From Hyalangium minutum (GTDB taxonomy: Bacteria; Myxococcota; Myxococcia; Myxococcales; Myxococcaceae): a stretch of 248,000 nt of DNA. The translations under genes were made by a program, and so were the position numbers. The stretch lies in contig NZ_JMCB01000008.1 of NCBI RefSeq assembly GCF_000737315.1, positions 20,001 to 268,000 on the forward strand, in the 5' to 3' direction. Shown in pieces: positions 111,185 through 121,000 of this stretch; the first letter of the stretch is position 1; every line of letters starts with the position of its first letter. Under the pieces are notes generated by a model, which was not told where the DNA came from, searched no databases, and saw only the letters and a program-made list of their open reading frames with translations.

Positions 111185-111432
111185 GACTCCCCTCCTTCAG
111201 AGCCTCGGACGCGCCCCTTCCGTTTCAGGGACCGTCCGAGGTGTAGCCAAGGCCCAACCGTCTCGCGGCGTGGACTCCTCGTCTACGGCGGCGGACGGTG
111301 TGAGCGCCGGACGGAACAGCCAGCCACTGGCATTGGCGTCCAAAACCGTCTTTTCTGCTGAGAATTGGGCCCTTTAGCGGGCGAGGCATATCCACGAAGG
111401 GAGTGGACCGCCTTTTGCTCTGGAAGCGTGGC

Positions 111433-112779
111433 ATGACCCTTCTCAATCGTTTCATCCCCTTGGTTGTGGCTGTTCTGATGTCTGCCTGCATCAATGTTCC
111501 CGAGGTAGGGGACCCCCTTCCGAATCCGGAAGTCCCGGATGGGGGCACCAAGCCGGACGGAGGAGTTCCTGCGGACTCGACCCCGCCAACCCTCACTGCA
111601 ACGGTGCCAACGCACGGCTCGACCAACGTGACCACGAGCCCTCAGTTCCAGTTCACCTTCTCCGAGCCCATGAATGTGGGCACGGTGCAGGTATCAATCG
111701 CACCTATGGTGGCGCTCAGCACTGGAGTTTGGACGAGCAACAACACCCAGCTCACGCTGCAGCCACTGGCGGCGCTGGCCCAGAACACGACCTACATGCT
111801 GTCGGTGGACGGCAAGGACGTGGCGGGCAACGCGCTAACGGACCGAAAGCAATTCTCGTTCGAGACAACGGGGCCTGCGCCCGACACCACACCGCCAACC
111901 ATCCTCGCCATCAGCCCGTCCTACGGAGCCATCGGGGTGGCACAGAGCGCGACCTTCACCGTGACGTTCTCAGAGCCGATGGACAAAGCCTCGGCCCAGA
112001 CCGCTTTCGCCATCACGTCGCCTTCGGGGTTCAACGCTGGCGTCTTCACCTGGAGCGCGGAAGGAACCGTGATGACGTTCAACCCAGACACGGACTTTCC
112101 TTACGGAACAACCGTGGGATGGCAAGTCTCGATGGCCGCCAAGGACTTGGCTGGAAACACACTGGAGAGCGCCACGGCCGCCTCGTTCCGCGCCATTCGA
112201 GTGAACACGGTTACGATTGACTTCGATCCTTACACAAGCGGCTCTGCACTTGCTCCCGATTACGCCAGAACAAGTGCCCTCTACAATCTTGAGAACGTTG
112301 GCGACAATACCCAGAATCGCGAGGTGCGGCTCTTTATCGGCTTCAAACTCGATGTCCTGCCAGAAAATCTAGCCCGCATCGCTGACTGCAGACTCAAATG
112401 GTTCACATCAAGCCAACAGGGCAGCCCTTTCTCTTCCCTTGGAAGACTCCTTCTTGAAAGAGTCTTCATTGGCGAATCGATTGCATTTTCAACCACGGAC
112501 ACAACCAACCCAAGCTCAAAAGGTCAATATGAGTCAGCCGCTTTAGGCTCGCCCATTATTGTCCTGAACAGTGCCATTCCTGCCACCCTGACTTCCGAAG
112601 TCACATCGCTCGTGGCGCTTGACTGGCTTGAGAGAACCAACCGCAACTCCAAGCGTTCTCAGTTCAGACTGCGCTTTGAGGTTCCAAGCAACAATGATGG
112701 CCTCCGTGACACCATCGTCTCGGACGTGGAGCAAACCCCCAAGCTGGCAGAACTTCTCATCACCTATGAATACCCTTAA
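111433..112779 (+). CDS. Lipoprotein with two Ig-like domains and low-GC C-terminal domain
   Basis: MSAC lipobox; DxTPPT...FSEPM repeats. Confidence 0.7.
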   Translation: MTLLNRFIPLVVAVLMSACINVPEVGDPLPNPEVPDGGTKPDGGVPADSTPPTLTATVPTHGSTNVTTSPQFQFTFSEPMNVGTVQVSIAPMVALSTGVWTSNNTQLTLQPLAALAQNTTYMLSVDGKDVAGNALTDRKQFSFETTGPAPDTTPPTILAISPSYGAIGVAQSATFTVTFSEPMDKASAQTAFAITSPSGFNAGVFTWSAEGTVMTFNPDTDFPYGTTVGWQVSMAAKDLAGNTLESATAASFRAIRVNTVTIDFDPYTSGSALAPDYARTSALYNLENVGDNTQNREVRLFIGFKLDVLPENLARIADCRLKWFTSSQQGSPFSSLGRLLLERVFIGESIAFSTTDTTNPSSKGQYESAALGSPIIVLNSAIPATLTSEVTSLVALDWLERTNRNSKRSQFRLRFEVPSNNDGLRDTIVSDVEQTPKLAELLITYEYP

Positions 112780-112824
112780 GATTGCGGTATTCGTGCATTC
112801 TTCGAGTGCAATTCGATGCTTTGG

Positions 112825-113961
112825 TTAACCCTGTCGCTTCGGGACAACCAAACCGCGTGCGAGACGGCGCAGCACACGCCGTTTCTGGCGCCTCTTATAG
112901 AGTTTGTGAGCATTCTCGCCCTCTTCATTAAGGCGAGCCGTCTCTTCATTCATGATCTGAAACTCAACCAGACAAAACACCACCCTCCCCTTGCGCGGAC
113001 GAATATCTTTCTCAGGGGGAGGCAGATACGCATCCATCCTCAATGGCATATCCACGATGAAGTTGAGCGCGCGGAATGTGCTACCAGAGAACTGATTGCT
113101 GGTGCGGTCTTCTCGGTCTTCGTAATCACGATCCAGATGCAGTTGTGTCGCGTACTGTTCGAAGTGCGGGTGCTCGGCCAGTACTGACTTGAACGGGAGC
113201 AGTGAGTTTTCTGTTTGCCCAGGAACCACGAAGTTGAAGGGGAACAGGCGCTGGGTCAAGAAATAGAGAATCGGGAGAATGTCTTCGTGACGCTTCGTGA
113301 TGATCCTGAACCGCGTGCGATCATAGACCTGCGCAGCCACCGTCTCCTTCTTCGCAATCAGCTTGGTGACCAACGAGTCACGCGTCTTGATGGAATGCGC
113401 GAACTCCAGCACAGGCAGACCTTTGGCCTGAATCTCCTGGGCCACACTGAGAACCTTCGCTGTCACCAAATCCGCCAGTTCCGCCTCGGAAACAGGCAAC
113501 TGGAAGAGAAGGTCACGTCCTTCAATGTGCTGGATCACGTGCATGACCTTCAGGACGATGCAGGCGATCCGGCGATACTTGGGCAGCCCCTTGGCTCCGG
113601 AGGCATATAGGAAAAGATCGTGAATCTCCGCTGGGTTCGCCACGGCCTCGGCAACCCGATAGTTGAACGTCTTGCGGAGGTACTCCACAGCGTCCGCCAG
113701 GACCGCGCGCGCCCAGGCATCGTCATACAGCCGCGAGACGTCCAGTTGGCAGAGCCGCAGGAAATGATCCACCTCGTCCCGCGATTGGAAGTGCATCCGC
113801 CGCCAATCGATAACGGACCCCCCGCGCAAGATGAGCCGCAGGCGCTCCAGTTCTCGAAGGCCCATCTCCTCCACGGTGCAGATCGGGAGTTCGGGCAGTT
113901 GGGGGATGAGAGACACGACCTTCACAGCGGCGCTTCTAGCCGAGCCCGTAGGCCGGGGCAA
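112825..113961 (-). CDS. TIGR04552-like protein (RelA/SpoT-like NTase fold)
   Basis: GGSVIDW, SIKTRDSLVTKL, VYDRTRFRII, VEFQI. Confidence 0.65.
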   Translation of the reverse strand: MPRPTGSARSAAVKVVSLIPQLPELPICTVEEMGLRELERLRLILRGGSVIDWRRMHFQSRDEVDHFLRLCQLDVSRLYDDAWARAVLADAVEYLRKTFNYRVAEAVANPAEIHDLFLYASGAKGLPKYRRIACIVLKVMHVIQHIEGRDLLFQLPVSEAELADLVTAKVLSVAQEIQAKGLPVLEFAHSIKTRDSLVTKLIAKKETVAAQVYDRTRFRIITKRHEDILPILYFLTQRLFPFNFVVPGQTENSLLPFKSVLAEHPHFEQYATQLHLDRDYEDREDRTSNQFSGSTFRALNFIVDMPLRMDAYLPPPEKDIRPRKGRVVFCLVEFQIMNEETARLNEEGENAHKLYKRRQKRRVLRRLARGLVVPKRQG

Positions 113962-114077
113962 TGCAGCGGCGAAACAAAAGGCCCTCCTCCGCTTGGAAGA
114001 GGGCCTCGGTGCTGGTGCAAGGAGGAGGGCAACTTTTTCTCTGCCCGCTTGTCGTCGCGGGACCTTGCTCGCTCCGT

Positions 114078-114563
114078 TTACTTGGCCGCAACCTCACGGT
114101 TGTTGCGGTACTCCACCTGCTTCACAACCCGGCCATCCTCGGAGAACTCCTTGGCGGTCCCCTCACGCAGGCCCTCCGAGTACAGGTCCACCTTGCGGAC
114201 CTTGCCGCTGGGGTAGAACTCCACGACTTCACCGTGGAAGTTGCTGCCCTTGAACATGGCAGTCCCGGTCTTGTTGCCCTTCTCATCAAAGGAGGTCCAG
114301 AGGCCAGTGCGGAAGCCGTTCTCAGACTGCCCCTCCGCCTGCTTGGCGCCGTTCGGGTAGAAGTACACAGTGGGACCGTGAGGCTTGAACCCCTGCTCAC
114401 TCTTCTTCACGCACGCAGTGATGTCGTGCGTCGCGTCCGAACCGCCTTTCTGAACCGTCCCCGCCGGGCAGTTGAGCTTGATGGGCGACGACGCAAACGC
114501 CGCAGGGGCTACCGTCATCACAACCATCATCCCGAGAGCCTTGGTCCACTTCTTGGTCAACAT
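114078..114563 (-). CDS. Exported MORN-variant repeat protein
   Basis: Signal peptide; HGP..YFYPNG..EG repeats. Confidence 0.7.
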   Translation of the reverse strand: MLTKKWTKALGMMVVMTVAPAAFASSPIKLNCPAGTVQKGGSDATHDITACVKKSEQGFKPHGPTVYFYPNGAKQAEGQSENGFRTGLWTSFDEKGNKTGTAMFKGSNFHGEVVEFYPSGKVRKVDLYSEGLREGTAKEFSEDGRVVKQVEYRNNREVAAK

Positions 114564-114766
114564 GAGGTCTTCCTTTCATCCGCAGTTCGACGGCCTCACC
114601 GTCGCTGCCTAGATCAACGGGATCAATTCGGCATTATTCACGAAACTGTTCCCGCAGTTAGCTCACCTTAGAGCACTTTGAACGACAAGACCCCACTCCC
114701 GGCAAATCCGAAAGTGGGGTCATCGATGTCACCAGCAGCGTTACACAAGCTGCTGCTTATCCATGA

Positions 114767-115663
114767 CTACTGATTGAAGCTCGCGCACACGGGATTGCCA
114801 CCCGTGAAGTAGTAGCCAACCTGGATGCTCGACAGGTTCGCGCACAGGTAGGTCTGGAACTCGGCGTCCTTCAGGTTGGTCGTGCTGCGGTTGTAACCCG
114901 TGTTGGGCAGCAGGAGGCCCGAGTTGACCACGTCGAGCTTGGTCGTATCCGTCTTCACGTAGAAGAAGCCAGACAGACCATTGCGGGTGTCAGGCCAGTT
115001 CGCATCGGTCCGGTAGGCCCGGATGCTGAACACGTAAGCACCGCCGCTCGTGCAGAAGCTCGAGTTCGTCTCGTAGCGGAGCTTGGTGATCGAGTAGATC
115101 ACCGGGCCGTTGCTGGTGGTCGCGCTCCAGTCCGGACGGTTGCCGGACGGGAAGTTCTCGCAGGTCGTCGGAGCAACCGGAGCCGCCGTGCACGTGGAGC
115201 TGGAGCAGAACTGACCGTAAGAGCAGGTCGACTGCGCGGTGCCCGAGCAGGTCGTACCCGGGTTGGAGCCGGCCTTGCACTGGCCCGTCGCCGTGTCGCA
115301 GGTGCGGCCCGTGCCGCAAGCCGAGTCCGAGGTGCACTTCGGCGTGCAGACCTTGTCCAGGTTCGAGCACACCAGGTCCGTCGTTCCCTCAGAGTTGCAC
115401 AGCACGTCCGTGGAGCACTGGCACACCTGACGGTTGTCCGAGGTGCTGATCGCCGCGCACGTCTTCGCGCTCGAGGGACAGTCCGATCCCGCCGTACAGG
115501 TCTTCACACAGACCTTCGAGGACGGGTGGCAGATCTCGCCGTCGAGGCAGTCTCCATCCGCCGTGCACGTCAGGCTGGTCTCCTCATCCGCCGGGCAACC
115601 AGTCATCACCACGCTCAGCGCGCTCAGCGCGGTGAGCATCATCAACGTTTTACGAAGCTGCAT
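114767..115663 (-). CDS. Cys-rich lipoprotein
   Basis: MTGC lipobox; many Cys repeats. Confidence 0.7.
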   Translation of the reverse strand: MQLRKTLMMLTALSALSVVMTGCPADEETSLTCTADGDCLDGEICHPSSKVCVKTCTAGSDCPSSAKTCAAISTSDNRQVCQCSTDVLCNSEGTTDLVCSNLDKVCTPKCTSDSACGTGRTCDTATGQCKAGSNPGTTCSGTAQSTCSYGQFCSSSTCTAAPVAPTTCENFPSGNRPDWSATTSNGPVIYSITKLRYETNSSFCTSGGAYVFSIRAYRTDANWPDTRNGLSGFFYVKTDTTKLDVVNSGLLLPNTGYNRSTTNLKDAEFQTYLCANLSSIQVGYYFTGGNPVCASFNQ

Positions 115664-115885
115664 GCTGGACTTCCTCCTGTGGGTGCCTCGCATGGGGCTT
115701 CCGGCCTCACAAGCCCCCATCCCATTCTTGCGAGCGGCGGTCGCTTTAGCCCCGCCTGTCTGGATGTGTCAACGAATGTTGACGCCCCCTCGACGCACTC
115801 CCCACTGGGAAATTCAGCGCGAACGAAAGCGGACAGCAGCACGGCCTTTTGTTACCGCCGCGCCACTGTCCGCTCGCAATCACTT

Positions 115886-117928
115886 CTAGAAAATGAACGG
115901 GAAATCGATGGGATCGCCCTGCTTCTTGTGCTTCGGAAAGTTCCAACCCTTGATGAGCCCGGAGATGCAGGTCGCCATATAGGTCTTCTTGAACTCCTCC
116001 GACTTCACCGAGACGCCCGTCGTCTTGCCGTTCGTCTGGATGACCCACCTCATCACCAGACGGCCCGTCAGGCCCGGATCCTTCTTCTTCTGCTCGTTCA
116101 CGCACTTCACGATGGCCGGCTTGTTCGCCACCACCACCGACATGATGTCCGATTGACCGAGCCGCTCGGGCACGTCGCCGCCCGGCGCGGGCGGAATGTA
116201 CGTGGACGGCGTCTTCTCGCCGCTGGCCGTCTTCCCCGCCGCAGGCTTCTTCGTCCCGAACAGATCATCGAAGTCATCGCCCAGGCCATCGTCCGACTGC
116301 TTCGACGGCTTCGACACGGCTTCGGACTTGGACGAACTCGAAGAACTCGAAGAGCTCGGACGCGAGGACTCGCCCGAAGACGGTTTCCGCTCCCCCGTCT
116401 TCGAGGAAGGCGTCACCTTCGCCACGGCCTCGGCCGCCGCAGGAGTCGCCGCCGGTGTCGTGGGAGGAGGCGTCGGCGTCGCCGCAGGAGTGGCCGCAGG
116501 CGTGGCCGGAGCCGTCCCCGCCGCAGGAGCCGCAGGTGGCGTGGCCGCAGCAACGGCTGGCGCAGGCGTCGGTGTCGGCGGGTTGGCCGCAGGGGCGCTC
116601 GGAGGCGGCTCCACCTTGGCCACCGGCGGAGTGGCCGGCTCGGGCTCCTTGGGCTGGGGAGCCGGCGTCACGGCTGCCACAGGCTCGGAAGGCGGAGGCG
116701 GCGGGCTTCGGAAAGCGAAGAAACCGCCCACCACCAAGAGCAACACCACCACGCCTCCAATGGCCGCGAACATCACGGTCTTGTTCCCACCCCCCTGAGC
116801 CGCAGGCGCCGCCGGAGGCGGATATCCCGGGTACGCGGGCTGCGGATACCCCGCCCCCGCATAGGCCGGCTGCCCGTACGCAGGCGCAGGCTGCGCGTAC
116901 GCAGGCGCAGGTGCCGGAGCAGGCGCGTACGGCATGGGCGCAGGCTGTGATGCACGCATCGGCTCGGCCGCCGCCGCCATCATCGGCGCCGCACGCGCCG
117001 CAGGTGCCATCGCGGGCTCGGGAGGCGGCAGATCCAGCAGACCCGGCGCCGAGGGCTTCTCCTCCACCGCAGGCTTCGGAGGAGGCTTGGACAGCGCGTC
117101 GTTCTCCTCCTTCACCAGCGAGGCCAGCACGCTCGCCGCCGAGGGCTTCCAGCCCGACGACGTCGGCTCCTGGCCCAGCGCCGGAGCCGCCGGAATCTCC
117201 GGACGGTTGTTCTTCGACGCAGCCCCCGCGCTGAAAGCGGACTCCACCGGCGCAGACGGAGCGGACGATGCCGCAGCCACCGATGCAGGCGCGACGATCA
117301 CCGGCTTCGCCGGACGCGGCGCGAGCACCGAGGCCAGCTCCTTCGCCTCGGAGAGTGGGATCCAGTCACTGAAGCCCGCGCGCCAGCACAGGCTGTCCGG
117401 ACCCACCTCGCCGCGATCCCAGTGCTCCTTGATCTTGTCGACGGTGAGCGGCCCCACCTGCTTCTCGTCGATGGCGACGAACCAGTCGTTCGCGGATGCC
117501 GTGGCCTTGGGATCGTCCGGCAGTTCCTCGGCCTCGGCCAGCTTGCGCATGGCCTCCGCCGAGGCCGCCTTCGCCTCCTTGGCCTTGTCATCACCCGAGC
117601 CGATCTTTTGCGAGCCCGAGTTGAGGACCTGATCGAATACCGCGCCGATCTCGTCCTCCTCGACATCCGTGAAGAGGCCACCCTCGGGCGGCGTTCCCAA
117701 CGAGGCCGGCAACGCCGCAGCGTTGGCGTTCGCGGCCCCATTGGCCGTCGTGGTGGCCGTCACAGCCGAAGCCTCGGACGAGCCATCATCCTTCGGCGCC
117801 GCGGCGCCGGCAGGACGCACCACAATGGTGTGGCCGCACTTCTTGCAACGAATCTTGACGCCCTTGGCGCCAATCTTGTCGTCGCTAATCATGTACTGCG
117901 CGCGGCAGCTGTCGCAGACGAAGCGCAT
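115886..117928 (-). CDS. gltJ: Gliding protein GltJ (AgmX): Zn ribbon, GYF, TM, TonB-C-like
   Basis: CDSC...CKKC, WRAGFSDW, FP..K..DPIDFPF; synteny. Confidence 0.85.
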   Translation of the reverse strand: MRFVCDSCRAQYMISDDKIGAKGVKIRCKKCGHTIVVRPAGAAAPKDDGSSEASAVTATTTANGAANANAAALPASLGTPPEGGLFTDVEEDEIGAVFDQVLNSGSQKIGSGDDKAKEAKAASAEAMRKLAEAEELPDDPKATASANDWFVAIDEKQVGPLTVDKIKEHWDRGEVGPDSLCWRAGFSDWIPLSEAKELASVLAPRPAKPVIVAPASVAAASSAPSAPVESAFSAGAASKNNRPEIPAAPALGQEPTSSGWKPSAASVLASLVKEENDALSKPPPKPAVEEKPSAPGLLDLPPPEPAMAPAARAAPMMAAAAEPMRASQPAPMPYAPAPAPAPAYAQPAPAYGQPAYAGAGYPQPAYPGYPPPAAPAAQGGGNKTVMFAAIGGVVVLLLVVGGFFAFRSPPPPPSEPVAAVTPAPQPKEPEPATPPVAKVEPPPSAPAANPPTPTPAPAVAAATPPAAPAAGTAPATPAATPAATPTPPPTTPAATPAAAEAVAKVTPSSKTGERKPSSGESSRPSSSSSSSSSKSEAVSKPSKQSDDGLGDDFDDLFGTKKPAAGKTASGEKTPSTYIPPAPGGDVPERLGQSDIMSVVVANKPAIVKCVNEQKKKDPGLTGRLVMRWVIQTNGKTTGVSVKSEEFKKTYMATCISGLIKGWNFPKHKKQGDPIDFPFIF

Positions 117929-118068
117929 CGTTCCCCGCAAGTCACAGAAAAGACGGAAGAAATCCCGCCAAACCAAAATCGTAGAGGTGCTCACCGGGGG
118001 GGTCAAGGATGCGTCCCAAGACCGCCCGGTTGCCTTTCAACGGCTGAACCCTCCCCCCGATCTAACCG

Positions 118069-121000
118069 CTACTTCCTCACCTGCACCTCCACGTGCGTCC
118101 CTACGGCGACACGCAGATCATGCAGGTCCTCGGAGGTCGCAAACACCAGTAGATCCCGGAGCTTGGTGCGCGGCGGCACGCGGAAGGAGGATCCGGTCTC
118201 CCCAGTGACCATCCGCTTGGCCGGCTCCATCTCGCCCGAGGCGAAGAGCCCCGCGCGGGCCGCTGTGAGTTCTACGCCCTCCAACCAGGTGCGCACGTCC
118301 GTCGGAGTGGCCGTGGGCAGGTAGGCGCGAACCACCTTGGCGAGCGCCGCCCTGGCCGGCTCGCTGAGGTTCTTCTCCAGCAACTGCCGCGCCTCCGCAA
118401 AGTGCCGCGGATCCGCCGTGTGCCGGATCTGCACCACCATGGTCATGGCCGCCTGGAGCAGCGCCTCGAGCCGATCCGGCGCCAGCCGCTGGCTGAAGGC
118501 GAGCTCCGAGCGCGCCAGCGCGAGCGTGCGGCCCAGCAGGTAGTAGACCTCTTTCTGTCCCTGCTCCGCGAAGAACTTACCGCCCACGCGCACGCAGGCC
118601 GGGTGGGTCTGCAGCAGCTCCGCGTTGATCATCGGCTCGGGAGCGGGCTCGTTGGAGCGCCGGCTGAGCCGCTCGCGGGTGGCCATGAGGAACGGCGAGT
118701 AGAGCTCCACCGCCTCCATGCCCAACAGCCGCGCCACGTAGCGGTAGTGGTGGACGTGGTACTCCTGCGAGGTGCCGACGTCGATGCGGTGCTTCTTCGG
118801 GACGATCTGGTACTGCTGGAAGGGCACCGCGTACAGGTGCCCCACCTGCTCGAACAGGATCCCCATCAGCTCCGAGAGCGGCGTGCGCACCTTCGGGTGG
118901 AACAGGTGCGTCTGCCAGAGCCGATCCGTCAGCGCGCGCTGCGCCACTTCCTTGCGCTTGGCGTAGGGCCCCAGCTTCGTGAGGATCTCCTTCTCGTCAT
119001 CCCCCGGATCACCGATGAGGCCCCCCACCGCCTGCGCGGCCAGCCACGCCCCGTCGTAGTCCTTGCGCACCGCCAGCAGGCGCACGAGGTGGCCGCACAC
119101 CTTGCGCGGATCCTCCGTGTTCGGCAGCGCCCGGCGGAGCGCCGCGATGGCCTCCTCCTCCTTGCCCTGCACCTGGCCCGCCACCTCGGCGAAGGTCTCC
119201 TGCACCTTCGCATCCTCCGGCAGGCCCTTGGCCACCACGCCGTAGGCCGCCACCGCGCCCTCGGTGTTCTTCAGCACCTGGAGGTACAGATCGCCCAGCG
119301 CACGCCACAGTGCCATGCGCGCCACGTGGGTGTCCGGCGTCTTCGGGATGCGAGAGAGCATCCGCGCGTAGTTGTCCTCCAGCGCCTTCCACTGGCTGGC
119401 CTGCCCCAGCATCGCCTCGAGCGCGCTGAAGGCCTCCACGAAGCGGTGATCCAGGTCCAGGGCGCGGTTGAACGCCTCGGCGGCGCCCTCCACGTCCTTC
119501 GCCTCGTCACGGCGGATCTCCGCCAGCGCGAACCACACCCGCTTGGCCTTGTGCGGCTCGGCGGCCAGGGCGGGCAGCGACAGCATCCGCTGCAGCACGT
119601 CCGCCGCTTTGTGCCCCTGGCGCGTCTCGCGCAGCAGCACGTACAGCTTGTCCATCACCTCGGGCGCATCCGGCTGCTCCCTGAGGGCGCCGCTGAACGC
119701 GTCGATGGCCATGTACGGGTCCTTCAGCATCTCCCGCGCGATCTCGCCCAGTTCCAGCAAGACCTTTGCCTTGGCCTCGCCGTCCAGCACGTTGACGAGT
119801 TGCTGGCGCAGTTCGGCGGACTTCTCGTACTGGCGCGCCTTGTCCATCAGCGCCACCAGGGCCCGCAGGGACGGCTCGTGCCCCGGGTCGATGGCCAGCG
119901 CTTTCTCGAAGTGGTTCTGCGCGCGGTCCGCGTGGCCCAGCGCGGCCAGCACGTCACCGAGCTGCCAGTAGACTTCCACCACTTCCAGGTCCGTGAGGCT
120001 CTCGCGGTGGTGGATGAGGATGGCCTGGAACACCTTCAGCGCGTCGTCGTAGCGCTTGGACTGCACCAGCAGGTTGCCGAAGCTCTCCAGGTTGGCCAGG
120101 TACCGTGAGTCCAGACCGTAGGACTTCTCGTACGCATCGAGCGCCTTCTCGCGCTTGCCCAGCTTCTCCGACACGTAGCCGAGCCGGTACAGCTGCCGCG
120201 ACAGATCCACCGTCACGGCGCCGTCCTTCTCCGCGATGGCCTTCTCCGCCATCTTCCGGACGACGATGTCCAGCATCTTCTCGCCGAGCATCCAGTCCTC
120301 GCGAGCGATGTAGACGTCCGCCAGTGGGCGCGCCGCCTCGAGGCTGTCCGGGACGTGCTTGAGTACCTCCTCGAAGTAGTGAGTGGCTGTCTGCTGATCC
120401 TGCCGCGTCTCCGCGTGGTACTTCGCCACGTCCAGCAGCGCGCGGGCCTTGGCCTGCGGATCATCGGAGCTCTGGGCCTCCTGGAGCAGCGTCTGCTCGT
120501 AGCCGCCCCAGTCCTGATCCTGCTCCTGAATGCCCTTGAGGGCGCGGATGCTGGGCAGGTACCCCGGGTCGATCGCGAGCGCCTGCTGGTAGCTGGACTT
120601 CGCGCTCCCCGTGTCCATCAACATGTCTTCGTTGATCTTGCCCATGCGGTGGTACAGCTCCACCGCCTCCGGCGACTGACCGAGCACCTGCGCCTCGAGC
120701 CGCAGCATCTCCAGCGCGTCCGGCCAGTTGCCGCTGCGCTCGTACAGCTTGCCCAGGGCGTTCAGCGCCGGCCGGCACGAGGGCTCCACCTGCAGCGCGT
120801 ACTGGTAGCTGGCCACCGCGCGGTCCACCGCCTTGAGCTGCTGGTGATAGACGGTGCCCATCTCCACGTAGAGCTCGGCCTGCTCCTTCGGCTCGGTCGT
120901 CAGCGACAGCTGACGCTCGTAGGCGACGATGAGATCCTCCCAGCGCTCCTGCATGCGCCGCAGCCGGATCAGCGTCTTGATGGCCTGCATGTTCGTCTGG

